NCBI RefSeq assembly: GCF_964355755.1
Contig: NC_092680.1
Location: 13,835,045 to 13,899,044, forward strand
Direction: 5' to 3'
From: Antedon mediterranea
Taxonomy: Eukaryota; Animalia; Echinodermata
Length of the DNA stretch: 64,000 nt
Part shown: positions 48,301-63,459 of the stretch, piece by piece
Layout: each line of letters starts with the position of its first letter
Numbering within the stretch: position 1 is the stretch's first letter
The notes under the pieces: model-generated
Told to the model about the DNA's origin: nothing
The model's database searches: none
Seen by the model: only the letters and a program-made list of their open reading frames with translations
Program-made: the position numbers and the translations under genes

Positions 48301-51300
48301 TGAGACTTTTCTAAGCACGTTGAAAGAAGATAAAGTTCCACAAGTACGAACCGATTGGTATGTTTATGCTGTGTTATCATCTCTACCATGGGTAAGCTAT
48401 TTATACATTTTGCTGGCTACACTGTCACAAGAAAAGACAACATTGAAATAGCACAGTTGGATTAACTGTTGGTAGCCACTGTGTTGTGCGCTGAACCGTG
48501 AAAGACCATGGTCCATGGATCGAATCCAATTGCCTTTGGTCCTGTGTGCAACATGGCTCATGGCTCACACAGTACACCACCAAAATTACCCCAGCGGAAA
48601 AAAATCTATGGACTTACTAGTATATCCTTGATTGTTTGATTTGTAACATGTAGCATGGTATTATTGCTATTATTTTGTTCCATTTTTACTGAAAATGTAT
48701 GTGTGCTCAGGAGCCAATATCTGAAGACGACCTTTTTTAAAGGGTCGTGTTCATTCATTACAGTATATTTGTTTAATAATCGATATACTTATTGTTTTTG
48801 TAGTCAGCACATGAACTTCATGATAAGAAACCTCAAGAATTTAATAGAATATTAAGCACAATAGAAAAATATATTGGGTAAGATTACAAATGTTTATAGA
48901 TTTAACATAATTATTATAATGATGTTATAGTAATAAAAAAAATTATGAATTTTATCATATTTTGATGTTTTTTTCAGTCAGCGTAAACATAATCACATGG
49001 CAATGCTGAGGGTCTGGTCGTTAGATGTTCCACATCAGCAAGAAGATGTAAGAAATTAATATGCATTTCAGCTTTTTTATTACAGTGTTAGATTATAAAT
49101 AGACAGCAGGAAATGAAGATGGGTTTTATTCAGCTCTGAAATTTGTCAGACCATTTTTTTGATACCATTTTAGAACGCCGATTGCAAATATATATGTTAT
49201 ATGGACTGTATATTGTGTTTTCGAGAAAAATGATCTTTTGTGACAAATTTTTGTCATTGATCACATGATCACAATAATGATATGCGCCATTTCTGCTTTT
49301 GTCAAAAAATTATAAGCCTGATAATAATTAACTATATTTCAATGTATTACCACACACTATATACTATTTTATTACTATATTCAATTTAAACATTAAAATC
49401 TGCTCCCCCAATCAAAATAACTACACCCTCAATCTGATAATAATTCAGGCAATAAACACTAAGTATCTTCAAAGATATAAATAAGTCACGTAATGAAGTT
49501 ATAGTATTTATAACTAATGTTAACAAAATGATTTTGTTTTTTTTATTTTGTTTTTCTGCTGTATTTGTATTTGCAGTTTTAGTTTGAAATAAAATTTAAT
49601 GAAAGGTATTTTCTTACTAGAATACATGCTTGGTTCATGGACCATCAGTTGTTCTTCATCCTACCAATGATAACAACTTTTAGTGATATAAAAAATATAT
49701 TTTCGATGAATGCCGTATCCGGTGCTGTGATTGGCCAATTGTGCTCACATGGCTTTAAAGCTCATGACTGCGCATGCTCACAATGTCGTAGCTGTCAAAA
49801 TTTTACCAACGTGTGCAGTGGTTTGGAGGAGAAAGCAGAACACAACGCGAGAGCAGTATAACTGAGATTTTGCATGTCTGAGAGTAATATAAAAACAAAA
49901 TAATTTTGGAATTTTATTAACATCTGATATTCTAGAACAATAATAAAAGCGTGTTCTCTGTGTCCTCTTTTCCGTTGCTAGAGCATTCAGCCTCGCTGTT
50001 CAGGGAAGGCCACCGCGGCCCAGCAGCGCGTCAATAAACTTTGAACGCATATTTCTCCAAAACATAATCCAGAGAGTTCCAACACATACATGTTTTAAAT
50101 TTCACATATATCTTTGTAAGTAAAAGTCGAATTACAATAATTTTTTTACCATTATAAAACAGATAATTAGCTGCATAATAATATATTATCTCAAAATTTT
50201 GCGACATGCGACTGATCTGGCTTGTCCCTGCCACATATACATTTGGAATCACCGTCCTAAAATGTTGTATCAAAATATGGTCCGACAAATTGCCGAGCCG
50301 GATGATTGATTTCCTCCTGATCTAACTTTCACAAAACGCAATCATTGTTTACCATAGCTACTGATGCCTAAAAAAGTAGCACCCTCTATGTTTGGGTTTT
50401 TTAAAATCTCCCAATATTTCATTTAACCAAGTTGGCTTTTGGGGTTTTTTCCAGGTATTTAGACCTATTGAATTTCATTTTCCTTTTTTTTTTAGTACAT
50501 TGATTCACTTTGGGCACAAATAAACAAAATGCGTCGAGATAAATGGCAGGAAAGAATTCTACAAAGACCCTACTTGGCATTTGATGGCGTCATGTCAGAG
50601 GCCCTTCAGCATACGTTACCCAAGTTTACCCTGCCTCCACACTCGCCAGACATTTTATATCAGCCCCCTAAAGTGGTCTACAGGATGTTTGATTACACTG
50701 ATGTTCCAGAGGTAAGTCTTCTATTGAAATTATTTCATCTCAGTTAAGTTAACTCTGTTTACATAACGTTTATATCACAGGTAGCTTAATATCCCAAAAG
50801 AAAACGTTTTTGCACAATGCAGGGTGGGAAAGAATTGGTGGAAAAATGTCAATAGTAAATGTTTCTCCCCATTAGTGTGAAAACCAATAAAGCTCCAGGT
50901 CCAGATGACGTATTGAGAGGCCTCTCACGATAGGCTATATCACTTTCCTGAATTTTAAGGATAAACACTAACAAAAAGACAAGAAATAACAGTAATTTGA
51001 CATGTTTCGTAAATTGTTATGTCGCACATCATCTACGCAACCTCTGTTGTAGCAAAAGAGTTACCAAACCTCACGCAAATAGCAAATGTATAATGGGTAA
51101 CAAATCTCTCACACAAACAAATTGCAAAATACCAAATCCATTAAAATAATATAGTGGGTCATACAATTTTACAAGTGCATAACAAATAAAAATGCCAATC
51201 CACAAAAACCTCTGCAAATGCTTTGATCTAGCTAGTGCAGCCAATACACAATGCACCAAGCCATCGCTCTACATGCTGCTGTGATGCATTTGAAATCAGC

Positions 51301-54300
51301 ACTGCTGACTCTTATGGCAGCCCCTGCATCTAGTATCTGCCTCATACGTATTGGCTTATGCCTTTCGTCTGGTCAAGGTGGGCACTGGACGAGAGAAGCC
51401 CTTGATCAATGTTAGGACCAATCAAGGTGCTTTAAACAGTCCTGACTTTATTTGTATCAAACATATTGGTGGCGGTAATTATCGCTGTTAGTTTCGAATA
51501 AATAAAATCAAATCAAATCAAAAAGAAAAAGTGATAAATAAGCCTCAATTTAATTTCTGTGATACATTCTGATAATACAGATTTATTCTGAATTGTAAGA
51601 TTTTAAAAAAGCCTGTGACTGAGCAGGGAATATTTTCATTCCAAATTTTTGCATAGCCATAATTACAAATTGGTTTGTATCTATATATAAATTTAAGTAA
51701 GGGCAAAATTTGGTAAGTCGCGCGTTAATTCCTTTTTACTCAATAGTATATAAAGTTTGTTCATACTTTCGGTAACCACCTAATGTAAAACTGTTTACTA
51801 ATTAAGTTGATTTAGATAATAATTTATTGACAATTTAAAGAATTTTTCAACTATTTGCCCCAAATAGGGGTGTTTTCCGATCGTTGTATACAACGCAAGC
51901 CATCTGTGGGCCATCCGTGGGCACACAAGCATGCCGTCTAAATAAATAAATTGATACTGATTTCGTTACTGTGCTTTGGTTTAGTTTTAAATCTGTCGCA
52001 AAACAATTTGTATAAACAATTTAAAACAGTTTAATTAACATTTAATCAGTAGCATTTCAATTGGATGAGATTATCGCTTATCTTCACATCATATCCCAAA
52101 TTATTGTATATCCCCGTCATAGACAGGCAGATCCCAGAAGGTTTAAGGAATTGGCACAGTCCATCACAAATAATTGTACTAAGAGTGGGCGGAAGTATAG
52201 ACTTATTAGCCCAAAGACGCATATTCGATGCAATCATGTCAGCTTGCCAGTTCTCCCATAATTGTTCTTTAAAATAACATGACCTCAGGTGGAAAATTCA
52301 GGTTGAATGGAGCTAGGTGTAAAACAGGCTGGGTGGCAAATGGCCAGGTGGCAACAGGGTGGAAATGACCTAGGTGGCTAAAGACTGGGTGGCTTGAAGC
52401 CAAGTGGCAAAGGGTCGGGTGGCAACAGGCTATGTGGCAAAAGTTTGGGTGGCAATGGGCCTAATTTGATTTAACATAATTCACATGGTTTCATATCCCT
52501 GACTAATCTCCACAAACTATCCGTATCTACACATATTTGTTTTCTCCTAGTCAGTTTATGGATAATACCAAATGAGATTGACCTAATTGAGTTTTTAGCC
52601 TGATCATATTCCTTGTCTCCTAATAATGTGCTAAGCTTCAATATGTGTCTTAGTTTCACCAGTGCAAAACTGATGAGACACTGGAGCTTAGTAGGTTTAG
52701 AAGCTAGGCCCTATATTATTTTCTAAATTTGAAATGAAATCAAAATACCTGATAGCAAAACACTAGATTTATCAATGTTACTTTTAGTGTCCATATTACC
52801 CTCAACATCTGAACGGTAAAATATCTTGTCCTCGAGGTTGCCATCTTCAGAGTTCCAACTTCTGTCGAGCACTATTAAATACCTGAAACATTTCCATCCG
52901 ACAATCCTCCATCCATGTTTCAGTGTACGCAAATTCCTCATCCTTCTCTATCAATGCTACAAATGCTTCATGAAAGTTCTCAAGTTCCTCAACTTATTTT
53001 TCCAATTTTTTGATTAGCTTTATTATTTATTCAGCATTTAAATTTATAATATTGGATGTTCTTATCTTTTTCTTTCCTCTATTACAAGTTTTCCAACAGC
53101 CTTTGTACATCACATTTCCAGTAAACAAAATTTCTCATACAGATTCATGTTTTATTTTTAACCTCGCTATGCTACCATTTTTTTTCTCAAAAACAATGTT
53201 GTTAAATTCAACTCAAAACAAATAGCAACAATCACAAATCATTAAAAAAAGACAGGCTTCATTTGGTGTTGGTTTAATTTTTTTAAATTTTGTAGTATGG
53301 CCATTACAAACTGCCTGTTCCAAACAACAAAAATAATTGAAACTGCCCCACCCCACGCCATGAATACAGTTTTGTTGTATAGTAATTTACATAAAGGTGT
53401 TCAACAATTTAAGAATAGAATTAATGCAACAATGAACTATTCTTTTAAAAAATGATCTTAAAATACTGTATTTGACTTGTTATTAGGGCTCTCCCACATT
53501 GCCAGGTATACATTCTGTTGAGAGGTATTTAGTAGAGGATCACCTGGGAATCATCATAGATAACTTTTGGAAAGAAAGAAAAGAATGGTATGTACATCTT
53601 GCATTTCAGACACAAAATTGGATTTTCAAATTTTGAAGGAAATTATAACAATATTTATAGCCTAATATTAAACGGAAGTTTATCCAGTAATTACAGTCAA
53701 TATATGAATAAAAACACTAATGAAATGATGTTTCTCCAGTTGAATGTGTTTATGTTTTATTCATTCATTAATTTATACACTTTAGTAAACTAGTCTAATT
53801 TCAGAATAAATTATATACAAATAAAACTAAATCATATTTTGCAACAATTACCAGTAATCTCATTATTATTTTGTTTTTGCAGTGCTGCCCAGTTAGTGAG
53901 CTTTCATGCCAAACACAAGGTACCACTCAACTACATGATAGTAGAAGCTATATTCTCACATTTCTTCAGGTTGCCAGCCTCACCACGCATTGAAATATTC
54001 TATACCTCTTTATTCCTGGAGCTTTGCAAGCTGCAGCCAAGCTCCTTACCTCAAGTTGTATCCTTTTCTGCTAATCTAACAAGTAATCTTGCCATTGTTC
54101 CTGATCTATAAGTTGCATAAATAAACTATATCATTATACTTTAGTTCTATTATAAATGAAATCATTTTTAGAAGCTCATTTTTTGAAGTAGAAATATGTA
54201 ATAAAAGACAAATTGTGGTTTCAATAAATTGGTAATAATACATAACACATTAATTTGAAACGATAAATAAAAGATGAGGAAATCTGAGAATGAGACTAGT

Positions 54301-57300
54301 GCTTTTCCGCTATACCACGGCAAGTGTGTTAAGAGTAGCTATCCAGTCGAGTTTGAACAACACCATGACAGCCTCAGTGGTTTAATGGTTAGTACATCTG
54401 CATATTCAAGAAGAAGGTTCCAGATTCGAATTTCAGTTGGGGAAACTTTTTCTTAGTCTCACAGATTTTTTCATCTTTATCGTCTAAAATTTGTTCTGTG
54501 CCTGTGATGTTTATGTATCATACATTGTTATAATTGGTCAATTTTGAACTTTTACCCTTTTTATCCAATAAACACTGCTGTTGGTTATTGTTTTAATGAT
54601 TTATTAGCTTGCTCAAGCAGCTGAGATGATGTATGATCGTCTTGACTCCATGAACCTCAGTATTATGGATCGTTTTACTAACTGGTTTGCTCATCATCTT
54701 AGTAACTTTCAGTTCAGATGGAGTTGGGATGAATGGTAAGTATTATTCAGCTATCGGCCACGACAAGTGGTTTCTTGCAAAACACAGTTGCTTTATATAT
54801 AGAACACCATACCATCTGATAACAAAAAAGAAGAAATTCAGATACTTGTTCAATAGATAATAATAATAATAATAATAATAAGCTTTATTTAATCACGGAT
54901 ACTTAACTCAACTAAAAGTTGTTTTTCAGTAAGACCGTGCTCAAAGGAAAACACCAACAAAAATAAATGTAAAAAGCAAATATATATATGTAATAATGTT
55001 ACATGGATATCTCCCTAGATAATCCTGCTTATGCTATGTAACAGAATCATTAGAAAAATATGTGCAGATACTGCTGTTATGTTGGGCACAAAGTTAGTTT
55101 GCTTTTCAATATAGTTCACATGCTATTAAAGCAGCTTTAGTCTGAGCCCATACACATTTTGAAATGTTATAAATTCTGTTTAAATGAATTGACTGAATAT
55201 TTTAATATTAGAAATATATTTTTATAATTCCTAACAGGACTGATTGCTTGAACTCTGATCCTGAACTACCTAAGCCCAAGTTCATTAAGGAAGTTTTGAA
55301 AAAATGTATGCGACTGTCATACCACCAGCGAATTCTGGACAATATTCCTGACAGCTTTTCCTCTCTTATCCCAAAGGAACCCAAGCCAGTTTATAAGTAC
55401 AAACTAGAAGGAGCAAGTAAGTACTGTTTGTGGTTTAATAACATTTTTTGTTTTATTTGATGTATAAAACAACCAAAATGTTCATCATTGTGGAATTAAA
55501 TATTATATTTATACTTTTTCAAAATATTATTGCCTCCGAACACATACAAAACTGAGATACATTCTGTTGTGGAAATAATTCAGGTGCTATGTGCCTAAAA
55601 TTCTGTGCACTTTGTAGTTTAATGTGTATACACACAGCAGGGATTCCATTAACAATAAAGTCTAATGCCATGCATCTGTACTGTTACTAACTTTAAGTAA
55701 ATGTTTGTATTTTTTTCAGTCAGTATATGTATCTTAAATTCCCTATATTGATCTAGTTAATTAAAATAGTTTTTGAATGAAAAAAATCGGTGCCGTATTA
55801 AGCATTTTACAAAGTAGGCTGTTTTTTGTATCAAGCTTGAAAAACACAAGCTTTTAAAATGTTTTTAACGATGCAATCATGTTCTGATAATGTTTATGTG
55901 AAATTAATTATGTATAGCCAGAGTTGCTTATCTAAGAGATTATCATAACATTATGCCATCAATAGCTTAATGACTTAAACACATGTAATCTTCCTAATCC
56001 CTTTTTTCCACAACGGACTGTATCTCAGTTTCCCATGAGTTATTTTTGTTTGATAATGTTTTAACCTAAAAAACAAAGCCCAAGTTTTTCCAAAAGGACT
56101 GTTTCTCATATGATTAAATAACTGGTCAAATGCATCATTATCTGAATAAAAATTATTCCATTTCCATGGCAGCAGAAATTAGTAAAATAACAGTTAGAAC
56201 ATCCATTCGACTGACCGACATAGAACATTGGGTTGACCTTTGCAAAGTCTTGTCCATTTGAATGCAGAAACTAATTCATATATTGTCTTTAGGTCAATTA
56301 CCAGGCAATATGATGGCTCATAGATTGATCGATGCATTCAAATCGAGAGCTACACCTGAAGATGTAACCAAGTTATTAAAAGACACGCCCAATCCAAACA
56401 AAGATGAATATGCATTTGATGGTTAGTTTGTTCTTTATGTAAAAGTAATTATTTTTATTTTTAAAACCAAAAACAGCAGAAACCATAATCCAGAACCATA
56501 AATGTAAATGGGGGAATAACCTGCAACTTGCAGCCTACTAGGCTGAATTGCACGCAGGTGTGGACGACACCAAAGAACTTATAACACAAGAATCTCCTGT
56601 TCTTCAATTTGCATTCAAAACACAGTATCGGAAGTACAGGGTTAAAAGGTCAAACTGGGCGACGCCATTTCACAGCATGGAGCAGTGCCCCCTCCAAACT
56701 AGGAAGTCAATTACTCTACCCCCCCCCCCCCCTAGAGTATTAGCAGATCCCCTCTATGATTTTGACTTACTAATTTGATGCGGGCGCCCTACTCCTCAGT
56801 CAATTACTCTATCCCCTCTAGAGCATTAGCAGATCCCCTCTATGATTTTGACTTTCTAATTTGATGCGGGCGCCCTACTCCATGGCTCACAATGGCGCCA
56901 CCCATTGCTCTATTCTATCCCACAATGCCTTTCGAAATTGTTACGCGCTTCGGACGAACAGGAGATTCTTGTGTTATAAGTTCTTTGACGAAACATGCTA
57001 CAACTTTCTACTCCCCTAAGGGTTCCTTCATGTCGAGTGCTGTGACCAAACGGCACCCGTTTGTCCGTCAACAACGACAGGGGCGGAATGCACCAGTACA
57101 CCAGGGTAACCCCCTACTCTTTCGAAAAATGTACTGGGTTCATAATATTGTCAAGGGTTTGAGGCTCACTTCATGATTCTGGTGGTATAAAACGTCTTTA
57201 AGAAAAGGACTATAAACCGTAGCTCCAGTGTACAGACATTACTTATGTGCACTTTAAAGAACCTAGTGCATCTTTCAAGACTAGTAGGGGGTTACCCTGC

Positions 57301-60300
57301 TGTACTAGATCCCACACAGCCACTGTAGTGGACAAATTTTGGAGCGCCTTAAAGTGGCTGCAATGGCATGACCCTTAGAAGAGAAGCATTTTGACAACAA
57401 TACATTTTTTAAAGTTTTAAAATATTAAACATAGTTTTAGATAGTTCTGAAATAGTTTTAACAATGTTTTATATGTTATTTTATCATGAACCTTTTACTT
57501 GTTATATGTGCAACTGTGATTTTTACTAAATAAATTAATGTATAGCATGTAGTTGAAAAGTGTATCATCATCATCCACAGCACCATGAGCAATGATCCAT
57601 TTGTTGAAATTTGGCAAGAACTTGTATATTATACTCTTAATATTTTTCTTCTCCATTTTACACATTGTACTTATTGTTCATGTAGATGATTCAGGATTTA
57701 ATCCTGTAAAGATTGACATCTTTGTGCAAACATTGTTTCACTTGGGCAGTAAATCATTCTCGCATTCATTCAGTGCACTTGCAAAGTAAGTATTTCTTGC
57801 AGAACGGTATCCATGTGGTAGAATAAATCTTGTTAAATCTGTGGTAGACCTTAAAGCATGGATTCTAGCTAGAGAAGTCCAGGGGTGGTTATCAAAAAGT
57901 TATAGGTGGGTGGAAAATTAGGCTGAGTGGAGTGGAAACCTAAGCTATAGACTTGGTAGGTAGTTATTCACCATGCAAAGCTTTAACCAAAGTACTTTCA
58001 TCCACCTCCACCTAGCACAATGACATCCATGAGAGTAAAGCTCAACTGTTTGGTGCTTTAAAAACTAATGGGATAATATTTTTTAATGAAAAAATTGGTA
58101 TTAAAGATAGAAATGATGAAGAATAAAACTCTGAAAGAAAATAAATTAATAAATAATAGTTAATTTTTATATTTTTTTCAAAAATGTTGAATAGATTTCA
58201 CTCAGTGTTGAAATCATTAGCAGATTGTGCTGAAGCTCAAGTATATATTTTGCGTATGGTACATGAACTTTGGCGAAATCATGAACAGGTAAGAAGTGAA
58301 GAAAATTAATTATTCTGCTTATAAAATAATCAACATAAATAGTTCACAAATTACATTTCCACAAATGGCCTATTTTCAATTATTGTTTTAGGAAACCATA
58401 TATTTTTACAATTACCAAGCCTACCCCTATTTTTGATAAATTCTTGATCTAAATTTGGCATTTGGGTACAAGCCCACCATTAATTATTAGATCAGAGTGC
58501 AGAGTAAAACGTTGTTTAATTGCTGTTGTAAGCTAGATTAGGGAGGCCTAGAGTTGAATTTGTTCCAAAATCTACTGTATATTGCCATTTTGGTATTTAG
58601 TATAAGTATTACAGTAAATAAATAATTATGAAAACTTTAAAGACACTGACCTATTTCTTTTACCTAATTTAAAGGTCACACAATACATGTTATGTAAACA
58701 TAAATACTATATGGACCTATTTCGATAATTGTTTTAAATTTTTAACAGTTGAAATTGTGAAAAATAAGTTTATTTTATACATTTAAGTGACCTGCTATAA
58801 ATCCCAATATGCATCGCGTGTGGATTGATATTTTCATATTGTGATGTGATGCACCCACTTAAAAAACGTAAACAGATAAAAGAATCGTAACTTCTCAGAG
58901 AAATACTAGGTCTTCCCCATCCCCCAAACGGATTCTGCCAAAAAAAGAAAGGACAATAGAGTAGAGAGGTTTCACAATGCTATAAATAGGATAACGAAAC
59001 TATCACTGCCATAGTCGATTGAAATAGTAAAGTACATGTAACGATACACCACTACGACGTTTTTATTTGTTGTAATTAGTAATTAATACAAATGTTTAGA
59101 AGCAACTGTCAGTAATAAAGTTTATTTTTATATGTGTTTATATATCTAACAGTACCCACCCTTACAGTAAAAAATTTCAAATGACGACCAAAAATGGTTT
59201 ATGTATTTATTGTCAACATTTGTTATACACTACTTATAACAATTACAGTATTGCAATACTATATCTACTATTAGACCTCTAACTGTCAAAGGGCCCATAA
59301 ATTTACAAAAAAAATTATAATCGCCAATCAATACGTTTGTAGAAATGTATATCAAATCTATTAAAATAGTATTTTTTTAAGAAATTTGGTTTGTCTTCAA
59401 CATTATGATGCTTATCGTAGGAGGAGATAGGTAAATGCGAAGTGTTCTTGTATTATTGTGTGCGGGTATTTTTCAAGATGGACATCCATTAGACAGTGTA
59501 TACAATGATCGTAAAACACCCTATTTGGGCCAAATCGTTGAACCTAAATTTGTTTTAATTGTCAATAACTAATTATCTAGCTCAACTTAATTAGTAAACA
59601 GGGTTACATCAGGTGGTTAAAATCAGTACCGAAAGTATAAACCAACTTCATATAAAATTTCTAGAAGTAACACGCGATTTACCTAACTTTGCCCCTATGT
59701 AAATTTATATATAGATGCATTTTACGTCAAAAATTGCAGGTCTTTAATTTTTTTTTCAACTATGGGATCTAGACCATCTAAAATATTGCACCCTTTGCAC
59801 CAATTATAAACTAAATAGATTTCGCAAATTTGATGATCTAGCCAACATTTTCCTTATCGGCAACTTATTTTTCTTGTGTTTTAGATGATAATTGTACTGG
59901 TTGATAAAATGCTACGAACCCAGATAGTTGAGTGCGCCTCTGTAATCAACTGGCTGTTTTCAGTGGAAATGCGAGATCAGTTCACATGTTTATATATGTG
60001 GGAAATTTTACATGCAACCATTCGTATTATGAGCAATCATGTGAATAAGCTAGAGTCAGAAGTTGAGTCAGCACTTAAAAAACAGAAGAGAGGCAACAAG
60101 GTAAAAATGTTGAGCAACAAAGCCCTGATTACATATATTTAATAATATAAACAAATTCTAAACTGCTTGGTGATATACTGACTTTTTTTTTATTAATTTG
60201 AAACTATAAAGATGAGGAAATCTGTGAGAATAAGAAAAAGTCCCCCAACCAAGATTCGAACTGAGAACTTTCTGCTTGTTATGTACTAGATCACTGGGGC

Positions 60301-63300
60301 TTTCATGATATTGTTTAAACTCGATTGGATATTGACTCTTTAATGATATATTGGATTCATGGTAAGGGAGAGTGAAAGTCCCTGTCATCTAATAGGACAC
60401 TATTATTATCTACAATACTATCCAAATTACATCTACCCTTGCATGCATACTGGCCGCGGAAAATATTTAGAAAAAAAGTGTGTTAATATTCCGCGATTAT
60501 GTAACTGTTAGCAGCTACTTCGAATCGGACCTCACGTACAGCATGCTCCAGTGATCTTCGAAGATGTGTTGAACAAAAGGTCATGGAGCTAGATCATTAT
60601 GTAAACCTTGACACGCCCATTCATTCATAATTTAAAACAAAAGATTCCAACTGTATTATTTGATAAACAATAATTGCGCTGGAGCATGCTGTACGTGAGG
60701 TCCAATTCGAAGTGGATGGTTATTTTAGGTAATTAATATATTGATATAACACAATCATACATTTCTATTCCTTTGACTGTATTTGAATATCAATCTTTAA
60801 AAGAAGCCCAGCGGGCTTGATTCGAGACTCAAGATTACTTTTTGCAAACTAGACCTCAAGATAGGTTTTACTGTACGGTATACTAAATATACTTGTTATA
60901 TTGATCAATGTTGTTATATTGTTTAATATATAGGACTCTGATATTAGTGACAGTGAAGAAGATATGGATGCCACAGAAACCCATCTGGAGGGTCTGCAGG
61001 AAAGCTTAGAATCTGCTCAGAGTGACCAGAAGAATATGTTTCTTATTATATTTCAGGTTAGTCATTTTTACTAATCTAATTGCAAATTGTTAGCACAGTA
61101 GTTCAATCTCTGGAATTTTACTTCTTGTTGTATGTGTCCCCGACAAAAGGCTAAAGAATGAGTGAATACCATTAAGCCTGGTTTCTACTAGCCAAATTTA
61201 GTCTGTGAATCCAGTGTTTTTGCAGGAAGCAAATTTGCCCTTTTTACCACAAGAACGATAGCTGCAATCTTTGTGTCTGCGGAGCTTTATGATTTGCATA
61301 AGTACTCATGAACACATAACTCATTTCCTGAGTTCTTATTGGTTTGCAAAATTGTTCACTTTGAAAAGTAGAAATATCAAGTTCTCTGAAGCAAACAACT
61401 CAAGTAACTAGAATTCATCAAGAGAAATTGATAATGGAAGATGAAAATATGAATTTGCTCGGTCTGAGCTGGAATCTTCCATTCGTCTTGTGGAATACAG
61501 GAGCAATTTAGAATGTTTAGATGAGATGGAAACTATGCCCACTTTGTATAATTACTTACCCGTTAGTACCACCGAGCAGCATAATTACTTACCCGTTAGT
61601 ACCACCGAGCAGCATAATTACTTACCCGTTAGTACCACCGAGCAGCATAATTACTTACCCGTTAGTACCACCGAGCAGCATAATTACTTACCCGTTAGTA
61701 CCACCGAGCAGCATAATTACTTACCCGTTAGTACCACCGAGCAGCATAATTACTTACCCGTTAGTACCACCGAGCAGCATAATTACTTACCCGTTAGTAC
61801 CACCGAGCAGCATAATTACTTACCCGTTAGTACCACCGAGCAGCATAATTACTTACCCGTTAGTACCACCGAGCAGCATAATTACTTACCCGTTAGTACC
61901 ACCAAGCAGCATAATTACTTACCCGTTAGTACCACCGAGCAGCATAATTACTTACCCGTTAGTACCACCGAGCAGCATAATTACTTACCCGTTAGTACCA
62001 CCAAGCAGCATAATTACTTACCCGTTAGTACCACCGAGCAGCATAATTACTTACCCGTTAGTACCACCGAGCAGCATAATTACTTACCCGTTAGTACCAC
62101 CAAGCAGCATAATTACTTACCCGTTAGTACCACCAAGCAGCATAATTACTTACCCGTTAGTACCACCGAGCAGCATAATTACTTACCCGTTAGTACCACC
62201 GAGCACCATAATTACTTACCCGTTAGTACCACCGAGCAGCATAATTACTTACCCGTTAGTACCACCGAGCAGCATAATTACTTACCCGTTAGTACCACCG
62301 AGCAGCATAATTACTTACCCGTTAGTACCACCGAGCAGCATAATTACTTACCCGTTAGTACCACCGAGCAGCATAATTACTTACCCGTTAGTACCACCGA
62401 GCAGCATAATTACTTACCCGTTAGTACCACCGAGCAGCATAATTACTTACCCGTTAGTACCACCGAGCAGCATAATTACTTACCCGTTAGTACCACCGAG
62501 CAGCATAATTACTTACCCGTTAGTACCACCGAGCAGCATAATTACTTACCCGTTAGTACCACCGAGCAATTCATGTGTAGATTTCTTTGTATTCATTCAT
62601 TTTGTTTTGTTTGTATGTGTTCTGTAATATTTTTATATTTTAGTAATGTCCATTGAAATGCTCCTTGATTGTGTCTAAGTATTTTTTTCTCGGACGTCCT
62701 TTCTTTTTTTTTCCATTAATTTATTGCTGTTAAACGTAACTCTTCTCATTACATGGCCGAGAATCTAAGTTGTCTTCGCTGTACACTGTTTATTAATTTT
62801 CTTGTTGTAGTTCTTTGCAACACTTTTATATTATTTTGCTGGTGATCAATTATGTTAACTCCACCTTTCTTAGGTGGATTCTGATTATTTGTTTGTTTTG
62901 TTGCTTACCTTCTTGGTGTTAATTTTATCAAATTTGTTATATGTCTTAATAGAGAATTGAATTGATCATTTGAAATATGTGCAAACCAATGAGGAATCTT
63001 CAGAACTCTCCTTAAAAACTACATCTCTGCTGCTTCTAACCTATTTCTTATGGCATTGCTTATTGTCCATGTTTCACAACTATACAGTAAGGTTGTCCAC
63101 ACATACGTTTTTAACACACAGTCTAATTTACATGAAAATCTTTTCACATTTTAAAATACTCTTTCGTTTTTTGTATGCATTCTTTGCAATGGCAATTATG
63201 GCCATAATTACTGTATTACACTTTCCGCCGGCTGTGTTAATGCGTCAAAGGTATTTGGTACTTTGAACTCTACTCCTTCCATCAACTATAATATCATAAT

Positions 63301-63459
63301 ATAAGTAGTACATATATTAATGTAATTATACTTCTTTTGTTTTAGCGTTTCATCATGACATTGTCAGAACATATTGTTCAGTGTGAAAACAGAAATGTTC
63401 CATTTCGTACTCCTTGGTTCAATTATGCCATACAGCGATTAGCTGAAATGTTCACAATG
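36331..63459 (+). CDS. NCBP1: Nuclear cap-binding protein subunit 1 (CBP80), 3'-partial; exons 36331-36376, 45134-45216, 46328-46428, 47287-47371, 48164-48391, 48804-48877, 48978-49047, 50496-50711, 53487-53587, 53883-54057, 54608-54735, 55238-55416, 56293-56421, 57686-57785, 58195-58288, 59885-60100, 60934-61056, 63346-63459
   Basis: All introns are GT-AG with consistent phases. Peptides [83 protein letters not shown] and [17 protein letters not shown] match CBP80. Confidence 0.95.
37050..38863 (+). CDS. Transposon partner protein: acidic N-terminus, ING-type PHD finger, Lys-rich linker, helical region and P-transposase C-terminal-like domain; join(37050..37326,37582..37695,37833..38863), 473 aa
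   Basis: [32 protein letters not shown]...WYCKNC; two phase-1 GT-AG introns keep the frame open; C-terminal [11 protein letters not shown]...[14 protein letters not shown]...RELEVVF...YWIKIRSK. Confidence 0.85.
39040..41985 (-). CDS. P-element-family transposase without THAP, join(41985..40270,40118..39954,39857..39669,39566..39434,39320..39040), 827 aa
   Basis: Catalytic LFDEMK, VCDGA and QDPLEEYF, plus DAPHLMK and [12 protein letters not shown]; four GT-AG introns with compatible phases and no stop. An acceptor at 42005 suggests a further 5' exon. Confidence 0.92.
43325..43578 (+). mobile_element. SINE body (Deu/Nin-domain-like) with (TTCAA)n tail
   Basis: AAACCGTAGGTCC...GCACTTTAAAGAACC...GAGTAGGGGGTTACCCCGG followed by TTCAA repeats; paralog at 57161-57325. 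Confidence 0.6.
57161..57325 (+). mobile_element. Second, truncated copy of the same SINE
   Basis: GAGGCTCACT...GTGCACTTTAAAGAACCTAGT...CACAGCCACTG matches 43325-43490. Confidence 0.6.
60517..60713. mobile_element. Small MITE-like hairpin
   Basis: ACTTCGAATCGGACCTCACGTACAGCATGCTCCAG is inverted as CTGGAGCATGCTGTACGTGAGGTCCAATTCGAAGT (one mismatch). Confidence 0.65.
61548..62568. repeat. 33-bp minisatellite ATAATTACTTACCCGTTAGTACCACCGAGCAGC x~31 in NCBP1 intron 17
   Basis: Near-perfect head-to-tail units with only occasional single substitutions and no spacers. Confidence 0.97.

Noticed and set aside
52471-53200. Possible decayed BEL/Pao gag-like fragment on the minus strand
   Set aside because: Broken frames and only a vague resemblance; no LTRs or diagnostic motif found.
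61490-62656. 388-aa and 368-aa repetitive ORFs, or a CRISPR-like array
   Set aside because: A 33-bp unit (multiple of 3) without stops opens frames by chance; it lies inside an NCBP1 intron and has no unique spacers or cas genes.
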